Assembly: GCA_049274915.1 (NCBI GenBank)
Contig: JBASTN010000041.1
Span: forward strand, 1-63,848
Source of the DNA: Solirubrobacterales bacterium
Lineage (GTDB): Bacteria > Actinomycetota > Thermoleophilia > Solirubrobacterales > JACPNS01
Direction of reading: 5' to 3'
DNA: 63,848 bases
Positions within the stretch are counted from its first letter, which is position 1; the number at the start of each line of letters is the position of its first letter. The notes beneath the pieces are model-generated. The model made no database searches. It was not told where the DNA came from and saw only the letters and a program-made list of their open reading frames with translations. The translations under genes and the position numbers were made by a program. Of the stretch, positions 42,990-52,422 are shown piece after piece.

Positions 42990-43754
42990 ATGTACCCGGA
43001 GATCGACCTCGGCCCGATCACGCTGCAGACCTTCGGTCTGATGTTCGCGGCCGCATTCGTTGTTTCTGGATGGCTGGTCGCACTTCGGCTGCGTGAGCTC
43101 GATTCGCCGGCCGACTGGGCCTACGAGATCATCCTGGCGGCCGCCGTCGGCGGCGTGCTCGGAGCAAAGCTCTGGTACGCCTTCGAAGAGGGCGACTGGT
43201 CGTTCGACCAGCTCTTGAGCGGCTCCGGCCTGACGTGGTACGGAGGTGCTCTGGGTGGTGCCGCAGCCGTTTGCGCGTACGCAAAGTGGCGCGGAATTCT
43301 CAGCCTGACCTTCATCGATGTGGCGGCGCCGGCACTCGCGGCGGGCTACGCCGTCGGTCGGATCGGCTGCCAGCTCTCGGGCGATGGCGACTACGGCACG
43401 GTGACCGATGCGTGGTGGGGAATGAGCTACGCCGACGGTGTGGTCCCGACCCCTCCGGGCGTCGAGGTTCACCCGACGCCGATCTTCGAAACGATCTCGA
43501 TGGCGTTGCTCGCCATGGCGTTGTGGAAGCTGCGCAACCGCTTCGCGCCCGGCGTGCTGTTTGCGATCTACTTGATCGTCTCAGGCATCGAACGGTTCTT
43601 GATCGAGTTCCTTCGTCGCAACGAGAATGTCGCGCTCGGCATGACGCTCGCTCAGCTCACGAGCGTGGCGATGGTGTTGATTGGCGGGGCGATGCTCCTC
43701 GCCTACAAAGACCGGCCCCGCGAGCCGCGCACGCTGCCGCCCGAACCGGTCTAA
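42990..43754 (+). CDS. lgt: Prolipoprotein diacylglyceryl transferase family protein
   Basis: GRIGCQLSGDGDYG (compare GRIGNFxNxE), VHPTPIFETI (compare HPTQLYE) and GIERFLIEFLR. It has 7 hydrophobic spans. Its stop overlaps the convergent znuB stop (CTAA). Confidence 0.7.
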   Translation: MYPEIDLGPITLQTFGLMFAAAFVVSGWLVALRLRELDSPADWAYEIILAAAVGGVLGAKLWYAFEEGDWSFDQLLSGSGLTWYGGALGGAAAVCAYAKWRGILSLTFIDVAAPALAAGYAVGRIGCQLSGDGDYGTVTDAWWGMSYADGVVPTPPGVEVHPTPIFETISMALLAMALWKLRNRFAPGVLFAIYLIVSGIERFLIEFLRRNENVALGMTLAQLTSVAMVLIGGAMLLAYKDRPREPRTLPPEPV

Positions 43755-44614
43755 TCCTGCGCGACGGCATGACGTAGCGGCCTACCCAGCCGTCGACCCA
43801 GCGCCGCGGCGAGTCCGATGATCGGCGCTGCGAACGAGGCCAGCAACGCGATCGACGCACTCGCAGGCCAGTCCGCGTAGTACGAGAGGAAGATTCCACC
43901 GACGCCGCAGGCTGCGCCGGCGATCGTCGCCAGAGCGACTGCGTGCCCAATCCGGGAGCAGACCGAGACGGCACCGACGGCCGGGCCAGTCACCAACGCG
44001 AGTGCCAACAAGCTGCCCGCGATGTTCGCCGAAACGACCACCGCGACGACCAGCAATCCAAGCAGCGCGGTCTCGACGCGGCCCACCCGAATGCCGAGTG
44101 CGGTCGCGGCGCCGCGGTCGAATGCGGTCGCCGTGAACGAGCCGTGCAGCAGCCACAAGGCAGTCGCGATTACGGCGGCAAGTGTCAGCCCGATCGCAAT
44201 ATCGGCTTCCGACGCTGCCAGTGGATCGCCGAACAGAAGGTTCTCGAGTGCGATCGAACTGTCGCCGGTCGTCGCTAAAAGCGCACCACCACCGACCAGC
44301 AAGGTGACCGTCAATGAGGTCGCGGTCGACGGGGTAGTGCGCGGGGCCTTGCTGGCCGACAGGGCCACGACAAATGCAAGCACTACTCCGGCCAGCGCGC
44401 CGGCCAGCAGGCTCGCTCCGGCGAGTGCCGCGAGCACCAGACCGGGCAGCAGCGCGTGCGTAAACGATTCAGCAAGAAAGGCGCGTCCGAACGTCACGAC
44501 CCAGACGCCGACGGCTCCGCAGCTACCCCCGACCACCAGCATCTCAAGCGCGCTCAACAGTCCGAAATCACCGGACAACGGATCAAGCAACGACGCAACC
44601 AACGGCTCAGGCAT
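43751..44614 (-). CDS. znuB: ABC-3 family metal (Zn/Mn) transporter permease
   Basis: 287 aa and polytopic, with the typical ABC-3 N-terminus (LLDPL...FGLLSALEMLVVG). It is the last gene of the Zur-box operon. Confidence 0.8.
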   Translation of the reverse strand: MPEPLVASLLDPLSGDFGLLSALEMLVVGGSCGAVGVWVVTFGRAFLAESFTHALLPGLVLAALAGASLLAGALAGVVLAFVVALSASKAPRTTPSTATSLTVTLLVGGGALLATTGDSSIALENLLFGDPLAASEADIAIGLTLAAVIATALWLLHGSFTATAFDRGAATALGIRVGRVETALLGLLVVAVVVSANIAGSLLALALVTGPAVGAVSVCSRIGHAVALATIAGAACGVGGIFLSYYADWPASASIALLASFAAPIIGLAAALGRRLGRPLRHAVAQD

Positions 44615-45390
44615 CAGTGATCGTGGTGGTGGTGTTCAATCACGGCGACCCTGTTGCCGCCGGCCTGAGTGTCGATCATGGTGAGATCGGCTCCGTAAGT
44701 CTCGCGCAGTATTTCTGCCGTCAGCACGTCGCCGGGACGGCCGTTGGCGATCAGCGAACGGTTGAGACACAGCACGCGGTCGGCGCGTCTCGCGCGTTCG
44801 ATGTCGTGCGACGCGACCAACACCAGCCGCCCGTCGTCGCGCAGTGAATCCAGGGCGTCGTTGATGACTTCGGCCGAGGCCGGATCGACGCCGGCGAGCG
44901 GTTCGTCCAGCAGGATCACTGGGGCGTTCTGCACGATCGTCCGTGCCAAAAGAACGCGTCTACGCTGCCCGCCGGAAAGCTCGCCGTAGGCGGTTGTGCA
45001 CATCGACCCCAAGCCCACTTCGGCCAGGGCATCGGCGGCGCGCGAGCGATCCGCGCGGCGCGGCCGCTGCCAAAGCCGGCGCTCGGCGAGCGTGCCCATC
45101 AACGCAACGTCGAGCGCCGTGACCGGAAAGTCCGTGCGCGAGAGGTCTTGCTGGGGGAGATAGGCAACCCGTGCCTCGACTGTCAATGTTCCCGAGGTGA
45201 TCGCAATCTCGCGTATCAACCCGCGAAAGAGCGTCGTCTTTCCGCCGCCGTTAGGCCCGAGCAGGATCACGAGTTCACCGGCGCCGAGTTCAAGATCAAC
45301 GCCGCTGAGCGCAGGTTCTTCGGCCCCGTCGTAAGTCAGGGCTGCCGCGCGCGCCGTGACCAGTGGTTCTATGGCCGTGGGTCTGGGCAC
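44614..45390 (-). CDS. znuC: Metal ABC transporter ATP-binding protein
   Basis: Walker A GPNGGGKTT, signature LSGGQRRR, Walker B ILLDEP and a C-terminal HHHHDH tail. The stop and start touch those of neighbouring genes. Confidence 0.85.
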   Translation of the reverse strand: MPRPTAIEPLVTARAAALTYDGAEEPALSGVDLELGAGELVILLGPNGGGKTTLFRGLIREIAITSGTLTVEARVAYLPQQDLSRTDFPVTALDVALMGTLAERRLWQRPRRADRSRAADALAEVGLGSMCTTAYGELSGGQRRRVLLARTIVQNAPVILLDEPLAGVDPASAEVINDALDSLRDDGRLVLVASHDIERARRADRVLCLNRSLIANGRPGDVLTAEILRETYGADLTMIDTQAGGNRVAVIEHHHHDH

Positions 45391-47213
45391 GACGCCGCTC
45401 CGTCTCCGACCGCCTCAAAGATCGCCCTCGCGTTCTCCGAGATTGCTCCGAGCGCGGTGCTGGCCTGACCCTCCGCCTTCAGTGAGTCGCCATAGAGCTC
45501 GAGCAGCGGCACGTCGAGACGCCGGGCGACCTGTTTGGCCAATCGGCCGCCCTCACCCTTGCTTGTCAGTAACGCGCGGGCTTTCGCCTTGCGTGCGGCT
45601 TCGGTGGCGTCTTGCAGGTCGCGCACCGACGGTTCGGTTTCGCCGTTTTCGCGCAACAACGCAGCGAGTTTGATCCGGTAGTGCGCGGTCAGGTACTCGA
45701 AGTCATTGTGATCGCTCGCAACCACGCGGTCGGCTGCCGGCACGTTGCCCGAACACTTTGCCAGCGCGCGGTCGATCTCGTCGATCTGCTGGATGTAGTT
45801 GTCCGCACTGGCTCTGTATGTCTCGCGTGCCGTCGGATTTGCCTTGATCAGTTCGTCGCGCACGCGCTGGGCTGCGAGTTTCAGATTGTCGGGACTGAGG
45901 TACCAGTGGGCGTTGATGTTTTCGCTCTCGCTCTCGGTGTTGTTTTGATCGCCGTCCTCGTGCGAGTGCTCATGACTGCCGCTGATCAGCACCGCCGCTT
46001 GTGAGAGGTCGACCGGCGGCCGGTCGGCACCGGCGGCTTTGATCGCCGGCGCGAGCCACTGATCGATGTCACCGCCGGAGCGGAAGATCACCCTGGCATC
46101 GGCCAGATTCGCGACGTCACTCGGCGCGGGATCGTAAGAGTGGGGGTCACTACCGGGCTTCAGTAGCGAGCTGACATCGACGGCACCACCGCCGACCTGG
46201 CGAACGATGTCTGCGACCTGGGTCGATGTCGCGACGACGCGCAGTTCTCCGCTTGCGGGACTGGGCGCGCTGTCGTCCGTGCCGCAGCCTGCGATGAGCA
46301 AAGCCGTCGCAAGCATCGCCGCCGCTGCTGGTCGAGCCGGTCGGCCTGCAGTTGACGTAATCGACCGCACAACCACCGCGCCGATCGCTACCGCCACAAA
46401 GACAGTGCCTGCGGTGACCGCGATCGTCGCGCCGGCCGGAAGGTCAAAGGCCAACGCGAGATAGATGCCGACTACCCCGTCGAAGATTGAAATCGCGAGC
46501 GTCGCCAGGCTCAGGCTGACGACTCGCCCGGTGAACATCCGGGCGGTCGCCGCCGGAATCACGAGAAGCGCTCCGGCCATCAGTGATCCAGTGACAGGTA
46601 GCGTCGCCGCCACGGCCAGCGCGACGACCATCAGCAGCACCAGATCAAGCTTGCCCGCCCCAAGTTGCTTCGCGACCCCGGCGTCGAAACCGGCAGCCAG
46701 CCAGCGCGCCCCAAACAGGAAGCTTGCGACCAAAGCGCCGACTGCGGCGATGGCGGCCGTGACGAGTGCCGTCGGCCCAACCGTCAGCACCGAACCGAAA
46801 AGCAGTGTCTCGGGCGGCAGGCTCAACTGTGTCTCGGTCGAGCCAAGAATCGCTGTCGCGATCGCGCCGACCGCCAAGGCGCGCGCGACGAGTATGCCGG
46901 TCTGCGCGTCTCGGCCAGGTGCGCCGCGCTGGCGGCGCTGGCGGGTCCCAAGCCACAGACACACGGCGAATACCAGCGCGCCAATTGGTGCCGCAAGCGC
47001 CAGCGATACGCCCCAAGCCACGCCGAGCACCAGTGCCGGATACGCCCCGGTGCCGATCGCGTGAGCGAAGAACGGCAGATCGCGCAGCAGGATCGTCGCC
47101 CCGAGCGCGCCGCCGATCACGGCCACACAAAGCGTCGCCAACAGTGCGCGTTGAGCGAAATCCGGCTCGAAGATGCTGGCCGGTGAATCAAATGCGAAGA
47201 CGATCAGACTCAT
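45369..47213 (-). CDS. In-frame fusion of an ABC-3 permease (N-terminal, about 290 aa) with a ZnuA-like cluster-A solute-binding lipoprotein (C-terminal, about 305 aa)
   Basis: The N-terminal half is polytopic. The junction reads VVRSITSTAGRPARPAAAAMLATALLIAGCGTDD, an embedded lipoprotein signal. The C-terminal half has VVATSTQVADIVRQVGG, DPHSYDP and the His/acid-rich loop SGSHEHSHEDGDQNNTESESEN. Confidence 0.8.
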   Translation of the reverse strand: MSLIVFAFDSPASIFEPDFAQRALLATLCVAVIGGALGATILLRDLPFFAHAIGTGAYPALVLGVAWGVSLALAAPIGALVFAVCLWLGTRQRRQRGAPGRDAQTGILVARALAVGAIATAILGSTETQLSLPPETLLFGSVLTVGPTALVTAAIAAVGALVASFLFGARWLAAGFDAGVAKQLGAGKLDLVLLMVVALAVAATLPVTGSLMAGALLVIPAATARMFTGRVVSLSLATLAISIFDGVVGIYLALAFDLPAGATIAVTAGTVFVAVAIGAVVVRSITSTAGRPARPAAAAMLATALLIAGCGTDDSAPSPASGELRVVATSTQVADIVRQVGGGAVDVSSLLKPGSDPHSYDPAPSDVANLADARVIFRSGGDIDQWLAPAIKAAGADRPPVDLSQAAVLISGSHEHSHEDGDQNNTESESENINAHWYLSPDNLKLAAQRVRDELIKANPTARETYRASADNYIQQIDEIDRALAKCSGNVPAADRVVASDHNDFEYLTAHYRIKLAALLRENGETEPSVRDLQDATEAARKAKARALLTSKGEGGRLAKQVARRLDVPLLELYGDSLKAEGQASTALGAISENARAIFEAVGDGAASCPDPRP

Positions 47214-47235
47214 CGGGCGGCTATCATAGTAAAAC

Positions 47236-47248
47236 GAGAATCATTCTC
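47236..47248. promoter_or_regulatory. Zur/Fur-box-like palindrome in the znu-zur divergent region
   Basis: GAGAAT-C-ATTCTC is a perfect 6-1-6 palindrome in an AT-rich 35-bp gap between the start codons at 47213 (-) and 47249 (+). It resembles the actinobacterial Zur-box core GAAAATCATTTTC. Confidence 0.55.
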
Positions 47249-47710
47249 ATGACGCCCGATCACAAAACCCCAGTTCGCAAAGCCGATGTCCGTCGCACCG
47301 ATGCCCGTCGCACCGATGTCCGTCGTACCGATGTCCGTCGTACCGAGCAGCGCAGCGCGATCTTCACGGCGCTCGGCGCCAGCGATCGCGCGCTGACCGC
47401 GCAGGAACTGCATGAGCAACTCCGTGCGGCAGACGCCGGGGTTGGGTTGGCGACTGTTTATCGCAACCTCGGCCGCCTTGCCGATGACGGCGACATCGAC
47501 GCCATTCGTCGGCCCAGCGGAGAAACCGCGTACCGTGCCTGCGGCGGCGGGCATCACCACCATCTGACTTGCCGCGAGTGCGGCAGGGTCGTCGAATTGC
47601 ACGACTGCACGCTCACGGATTGGAGTCGCAAGATCGCCGGTGAGCACGGGTTTAAAGAGGTCGAGCATCAAGCCGAGCTGTTTGGCGTCTGCTCTGGCTG
47701 CGCGGACTGA
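47249..47710 (+). CDS. zur: Fur-family zinc uptake regulator with N-terminal pentapeptide repeat
   Basis: Winged helix (GLATVYRNLGRLADDGDI), HHHHLTCRECG and a C-terminal CSGC. Four 15-bp units at 47283-47342 encode D(V/A)RRT. The upstream part of ORF-track entry 46766..47710 is antisense to the znu gene. Confidence 0.8.
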   Translation: MTPDHKTPVRKADVRRTDARRTDVRRTDVRRTEQRSAIFTALGASDRALTAQELHEQLRAADAGVGLATVYRNLGRLADDGDIDAIRRPSGETAYRACGGGHHHHLTCRECGRVVELHDCTLTDWSRKIAGEHGFKEVEHQAELFGVCSGCAD

Positions 47711-47761
47711 TCGAGCCAGGCCCGGGTGGCCACACGCGTCGGTCATACTTATCGCTCGCAA

Positions 47762-49054
47762 ATGTCAGTACCGCAGAACACCGAGCAAGCGCAGGGGGAG
47801 GGCTTCGCCGAGGTGGGCCCGCTGGGACCGCCGTTCCCGATCGACTCGCGCGTAAGCGAAGCAGGCCGCCTCGAGATCGGCGGCTGTGATGTAACCGAAC
47901 TCGCCACCGAGTACGGCACTCCCGCCTACATCTTCGCCGAGAACGACCTGCGCGATCGTGCCCGCGCCGCCGTCGAGGCGTTCGGCCCCCAGACCGGCGT
48001 GCTCTTTGCCTCGAAGGCGTTCCCATGCACGGCCGCATACCGACTGATGGCGGCGGAAGGCATCTACTGCGACGTCGCCAGCGGCGGCGAGCTCTACCTG
48101 GCACTCAAGGGTGGCTTCGCCCCGGAACGAATCCTGATGCACGGCAACAACAAGACGATCGCCGAAATCGAGCAGGCGATCGCCGCCGGCATCGGCTTCA
48201 TCGTCGTCGACAGCTTCGATGAGATTGAGCGGTTGCAGTTGCTGCTGCCGCCAGACGGTCCGCGCACCTTGATCCGCGTCGCGCCCGGCCTCAAGCCCTC
48301 AACCCACGCCTACATCCAGACCGGACAGGTCGACAGCAAGTTCGGTATCCCGCTCTCACAGGTCGAGCAGGCGATCCAGAAGGTGCCGAACTTCGCGGGT
48401 CTGCACTGTCACCTCGGCAGTCAGTTCTTCGATGTCGAGATCTTCAAGGCTGCAGCAGAGGTGCTTGCCGGCTTCGAGGTCAAGTGTGAAGTCGTCAACG
48501 TCGGCGGGGGCTTCGGCATTCCCTATCTCGAACACGACCACCCGCCGAAGATCGGCGAGTACGCGCAGACGATTCGCTCGGCAGTCGCCGAACATTTCGG
48601 TGATCAGACGAAGATCATGGTCGAACCCGGTCGGTGGCTCGTCGGCAACGCCGGCGTTACCGCGTACTCAGTCGGCACAGTCAAGGAGATCCCCGGCGTT
48701 CGCCGCTACGTCGCTGTAGACGGCGGCATGTCCGACAACATTCGCCCGATGCTCTACCAGGCCGAGTACACCGGCCTGATCGCCAACCGCGCCACCGAAG
48801 CGCCTACACGCGACGTCCGTGTCGTCGGCATGCACTGTGAGAGTGGCGACGTGATCCTGCCCGAAGTGATGCTGCACGAGCCGCGCGTCGGCGACACACT
48901 CGTAGTGCCCGCGACCGGCGCCTATGGCCACGCGATGGCCAGTAATTACAACGGCGTCACACGCCCGCCGGTGATCTTCTGCTCCGAAGGGCACGCTCGC
49001 GTAGTCGTTCGCCGCGAGTCTCACGCCGACCTCGGCCAGCGAGACATCGACTAA
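47762..49054 (+). CDS. lysA: Diaminopimelate decarboxylase
   Basis: YGTPAYIF, ASKAF (PLP Lys), GGGFGIPY, EPGRWLV and CESGD. The start is uncertain between 47726 and 47762. Confidence 0.85.
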   Translation: MSVPQNTEQAQGEGFAEVGPLGPPFPIDSRVSEAGRLEIGGCDVTELATEYGTPAYIFAENDLRDRARAAVEAFGPQTGVLFASKAFPCTAAYRLMAAEGIYCDVASGGELYLALKGGFAPERILMHGNNKTIAEIEQAIAAGIGFIVVDSFDEIERLQLLLPPDGPRTLIRVAPGLKPSTHAYIQTGQVDSKFGIPLSQVEQAIQKVPNFAGLHCHLGSQFFDVEIFKAAAEVLAGFEVKCEVVNVGGGFGIPYLEHDHPPKIGEYAQTIRSAVAEHFGDQTKIMVEPGRWLVGNAGVTAYSVGTVKEIPGVRRYVAVDGGMSDNIRPMLYQAEYTGLIANRATEAPTRDVRVVGMHCESGDVILPEVMLHEPRVGDTLVVPATGAYGHAMASNYNGVTRPPVIFCSEGHARVVVRRESHADLGQRDID

Positions 49055-49091
49055 AGATGTCTCAGCCGATCGCCGACCCAAAGGTCTGACC

Positions 49092-50321
49092 ATGTCATCT
49101 CAAACGATCAAAATCGGTCTACTCGGTAACGGCACGGTCGGCGCGGCCTTCGCCGGACTCGTCAGCGCGCGCGCCTCGGCGATCGCTGATTTGACCGGTA
49201 AAACTCCGGAAATCAGCGGCATCCTCACCCGCAGTCAGGGTGACTTCGACACGATTCTCGCCGACTCCGACGTGATCGTCGAACTCGTCGGCGGCATCGA
49301 CCCGGCCCGCAACTTTGTCGCTAAGTCACTCGCCGCCGGCAGGCCGGTGATCACGGCGAACAAGGCACTGCTCGCTGAGCATGGCAACGAACTTTTTTCT
49401 GCCGCCGAGGCGTCTGGCGTTCCACTGCTGTTCGAAGCCGCTGTCGCCGGCGTGATCCCAGCGATCCGCGTGATCGAAGAGTCGCTCGCTGGCGCTCACG
49501 TCGATCGCGTGCACGGAATAGTCAACGGCACGACCAACTACATCCTCACCGAGATGGCCCGCAACGGCCTCTCCTACGACGAGGCACTGAAGCAGGCCCA
49601 AGAGCTCGGTTACGCCGAAGCTGACCCGACCGCCGACGTCGGCGGGGGAGACGCAGCAGCGAAGATGGCGATCCTCGCGCGGCTCGCGTTCGGTGTCGAT
49701 GTCTCGCTGGGCCAAGTGACCTACGAGGGCATTCAGAACATTACGGCCGACGACATCGCCTACGCCAAAGAGTTCGACCTCGTGCTCAAGCTGGTTGGAA
49801 CCGCCGAGCGGATCAACGGCGGAATTAGCGTGCGGGTTTTCCCCGCATTCCTCTATCCGAGCCACCCGCTCGCCAGCATCAACGGATCCTTTAACGCCGT
49901 CACGGTCGAGTCGCCCGCGATCACCGAGATCACGATGAGCGGCCCTGGGGCCGGTGGCATCCAGACCGCCAGCGCCGTGCTCGGCGACCTCGTCTCAATC
50001 CTCGCCGACACGCCGCGCGTACGGCCCGCCGTCACGCCTGCGACGATCGTCAGCGATGTCGAATCCGCCTTCTATCTGCACCTCGAAGTCGAGGACCGCT
50101 CCGGCGTTCTCGCCGACATCGCCAGCACGCTCGGCGACAACGGTGTGTCTGTACGCAACTTCAACCAGCAGGGCGTCGGCGACGCCGCGCGCCTGGTGAT
50201 GGTCACCCACCCGACGCTCGAGAGCAACTTTGCCGCTGCCGTCGAAGGCATCCGAGCACTGCCGTTCATCAAAGCCGACCCGCGCGTGATTCGCGTGATC
50301 GAAGAGGAGTTCGATGGTTAA
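49092..50321 (+). CDS. hom: Homoserine dehydrogenase (with C-terminal ACT domain)
   Basis: GLLGNGTVG, ITANKAL, GIVNGTTNYIL and LGYAEADPT. AAGG lies 8 nt upstream. Confidence 0.85.
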   Translation: MSSQTIKIGLLGNGTVGAAFAGLVSARASAIADLTGKTPEISGILTRSQGDFDTILADSDVIVELVGGIDPARNFVAKSLAAGRPVITANKALLAEHGNELFSAAEASGVPLLFEAAVAGVIPAIRVIEESLAGAHVDRVHGIVNGTTNYILTEMARNGLSYDEALKQAQELGYAEADPTADVGGGDAAAKMAILARLAFGVDVSLGQVTYEGIQNITADDIAYAKEFDLVLKLVGTAERINGGISVRVFPAFLYPSHPLASINGSFNAVTVESPAITEITMSGPGAGGIQTASAVLGDLVSILADTPRVRPAVTPATIVSDVESAFYLHLEVEDRSGVLADIASTLGDNGVSVRNFNQQGVGDAARLVMVTHPTLESNFAAAVEGIRALPFIKADPRVIRVIEEEFDG

Positions 50322-51358
50322 TGCGCGGTTTGATCGAGCGATACTTCGACCGTCTGCCGTTCGAGCAAGGCGATCCGATCATCAGCATCGAAGAGGGGTC
50401 GACGCCACTCGTACCGGCGCCACGCCTCTCAGAACGCGTTGACGCAGATGTTTTCCTGAAGATTGAAGGAGCCAACCCGACCGGTTCGTTCAAGGACCGG
50501 GGCATGACCTGCGCCGTCAGCGCGGCGGCCCGCGAAGGCGCTGAGGCCGTGATCTGTGCCTCGACCGGCAACACGGCCGCCAGCGCCGCCGCGTATGCCT
50601 CTCGCGCGGGCATGACCTGTGCCGTGCTCGTGCCCGACGGCAAGATCGCCGCCGGAAAGCTTGCCCAGGCGCTGATCTACGGAGCGCGCGTGATCGCTCT
50701 GGCCGGAAACTTCGACGTCGCGCTGAAGCTCGTCCGCGAACTGGCGCAGAAGCACCCGATCAGCCTCGTTAACTCGGTCAACGAGTTCCGCGTGCAAGGT
50801 CAGAAGACTGCGTCGTTTGAGATCTCGGATGAGATCGGCCCGATCGATCTGCTCAGCATCCCGGTAGGTAACGCCGGCAACATCACGGCGTATTGGAAGG
50901 GCTTTAAGGAGATCGATGAGAATCCAGAGCTCAATGGCTACCAGGCTGCGGGCGCGGCACCGCTGGTGATCGGCAAGCCGGTCGATAACCCAGAGACTGT
51001 CGCCAGCGCGATCCGCATCGGCAACCCCGCCCGCTGGGAGGAGGCGATGGCCGCCGTGACCGAATCGCGCGGGCAGGTTCGCGCCGTGACCGACGCCGAG
51101 ATCCTCGACGCCTACGTCTGGCTGCCGGCCAATGAAGGCGTCTTCTGCGAGCCGGCCAGCGCCGCGAGCGTCGCCGGCCTGCTCAAGTACGGCGTCAGTG
51201 ACGCGGTCCGCGAGCGCGCCGTCGGTGGACGACCGAAAGTCGTCTGCATCCTGACCGGCAACGGTATGAAGGATCCCGACACCGCATTCGACAACGTCGG
51301 CTCCGTAATTCCCTGCCTGCCCGAGATGGCCGAACTGGAGAAGGCAGTACTCGGATGA
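50321..51358 (+). CDS. thrC: Threonine synthase
   Basis: NPTGSFKDRG (PLP Lys) and ASTGNTAAS. There is a TAATG overlap with hom. Confidence 0.85.
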   Translation: MRGLIERYFDRLPFEQGDPIISIEEGSTPLVPAPRLSERVDADVFLKIEGANPTGSFKDRGMTCAVSAAAREGAEAVICASTGNTAASAAAYASRAGMTCAVLVPDGKIAAGKLAQALIYGARVIALAGNFDVALKLVRELAQKHPISLVNSVNEFRVQGQKTASFEISDEIGPIDLLSIPVGNAGNITAYWKGFKEIDENPELNGYQAAGAAPLVIGKPVDNPETVASAIRIGNPARWEEAMAAVTESRGQVRAVTDAEILDAYVWLPANEGVFCEPASAASVAGLLKYGVSDAVRERAVGGRPKVVCILTGNGMKDPDTAFDNVGSVIPCLPEMAELEKAVLG

Positions 51359-52209
51359 ATCGCCGCCGCGTTGTCCGCGTCCCCGCCAGCTCGGCGAATC
51401 TAGGACCCGGCTTCGACGTGCTCGCCGGCGCGCTGTCGCTAAACCTGACGGTCGAGGTCGAGGAGACCGGTGAGTTCAGCGTCGAGACCGATCTCGACGT
51501 GCCAACCGGCAAGGACAACCTGATCGTTCGCGCCTTCGAGACGCTGCACGGCGCCGATGATTTCAGCTTTCGCGTCAGCACGGAGATTCCGCTGACCGGC
51601 GGCCTCGGGTCAAGCGCCAGCGCAATTCTCGCCGGAGTTGCCGCGGCCGATCACATCTTCGAGCTCGGCACAGACCTGCTCGCCCAGGCGACGAAGATCG
51701 AGGGCCACGTTGACAACCTCGCGGCGTCGCTGCACGGCGGCTTTGTCGTCTGTTCTCAAGACCACGTCGCCCGGATCGCCCCACCCGCCGGCCTCGAGGC
51801 GATTGTCGCCGTTCCGCCAGCGTCGCACAGCGTCCCGACTAGCGATGCGCGCGCCGCGCTGCCGGCCGAGATTCCGATCGCCGAGGCGGTCCGCACCGCC
51901 GCGCAGACTTCGTACGTCGCACTCGGTCTCGAACGCGGCGACTGGGACTTACTAGCCCGAGGCCTCGACGACGTTTTGCACCAGCCGCGTCGCGCACATC
52001 TGTATCCGGATTCGATGAAGCTCGTCGAGGCCGCTCGTGGATTCGGCGCCCTCGGAGCCACGGTCTCCGGCGCCGGCCCCACGGTTCTGATCTGGACGAC
52101 CTGGGACGACACCGGCAACGTGCTCGAAGCCGCCGAACGGTTCGCCGACTCCGACTGGAATCTCCAGCGCGTCCCGTTCGCGCTTCAAGGCCTCGACATC
52201 GCCGTCTGA
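51355..52209 (+). CDS. thrB: Homoserine kinase
   Basis: PASSANLGPGFD and the GHMP motif PLTGGLGSSAS. There is an ATGA overlap with thrC. Confidence 0.85.
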   Translation: MNRRRVVRVPASSANLGPGFDVLAGALSLNLTVEVEETGEFSVETDLDVPTGKDNLIVRAFETLHGADDFSFRVSTEIPLTGGLGSSASAILAGVAAADHIFELGTDLLAQATKIEGHVDNLAASLHGGFVVCSQDHVARIAPPAGLEAIVAVPPASHSVPTSDARAALPAEIPIAEAVRTAAQTSYVALGLERGDWDLLARGLDDVLHQPRRAHLYPDSMKLVEAARGFGALGATVSGAGPTVLIWTTWDDTGNVLEAAERFADSDWNLQRVPFALQGLDIAV

Positions 52210-52422
52210 CAGTGCTTCGAGCGGCCGTGCACATCACAGCCGATCGCTTCAAAATCCACCACGTCCGTCGCGCCGCACGACAGAACTCCTTCGGACCTCT
52301 GTAGAATCGATCTCACTCGGCTGCGGACGGCGCCTCACCCGCGCTCACCGCCATCCGGCCGACCCGTTGTTCACCCCGCACGCACGCCCGCTCGAAGAAG
52401 GCGTGGTCGCAAGGAGAAGACG

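Noticed and set aside
46465-47248. Plus-strand ORFs (46465..47064, 46665..47186, and the 5' part of 46766..47710) inside the znu fusion gene
   Set aside because: These are antisense shadow frames. The Fur-family homology begins only at ATG 47249, after the divergent promoter and Zur box.
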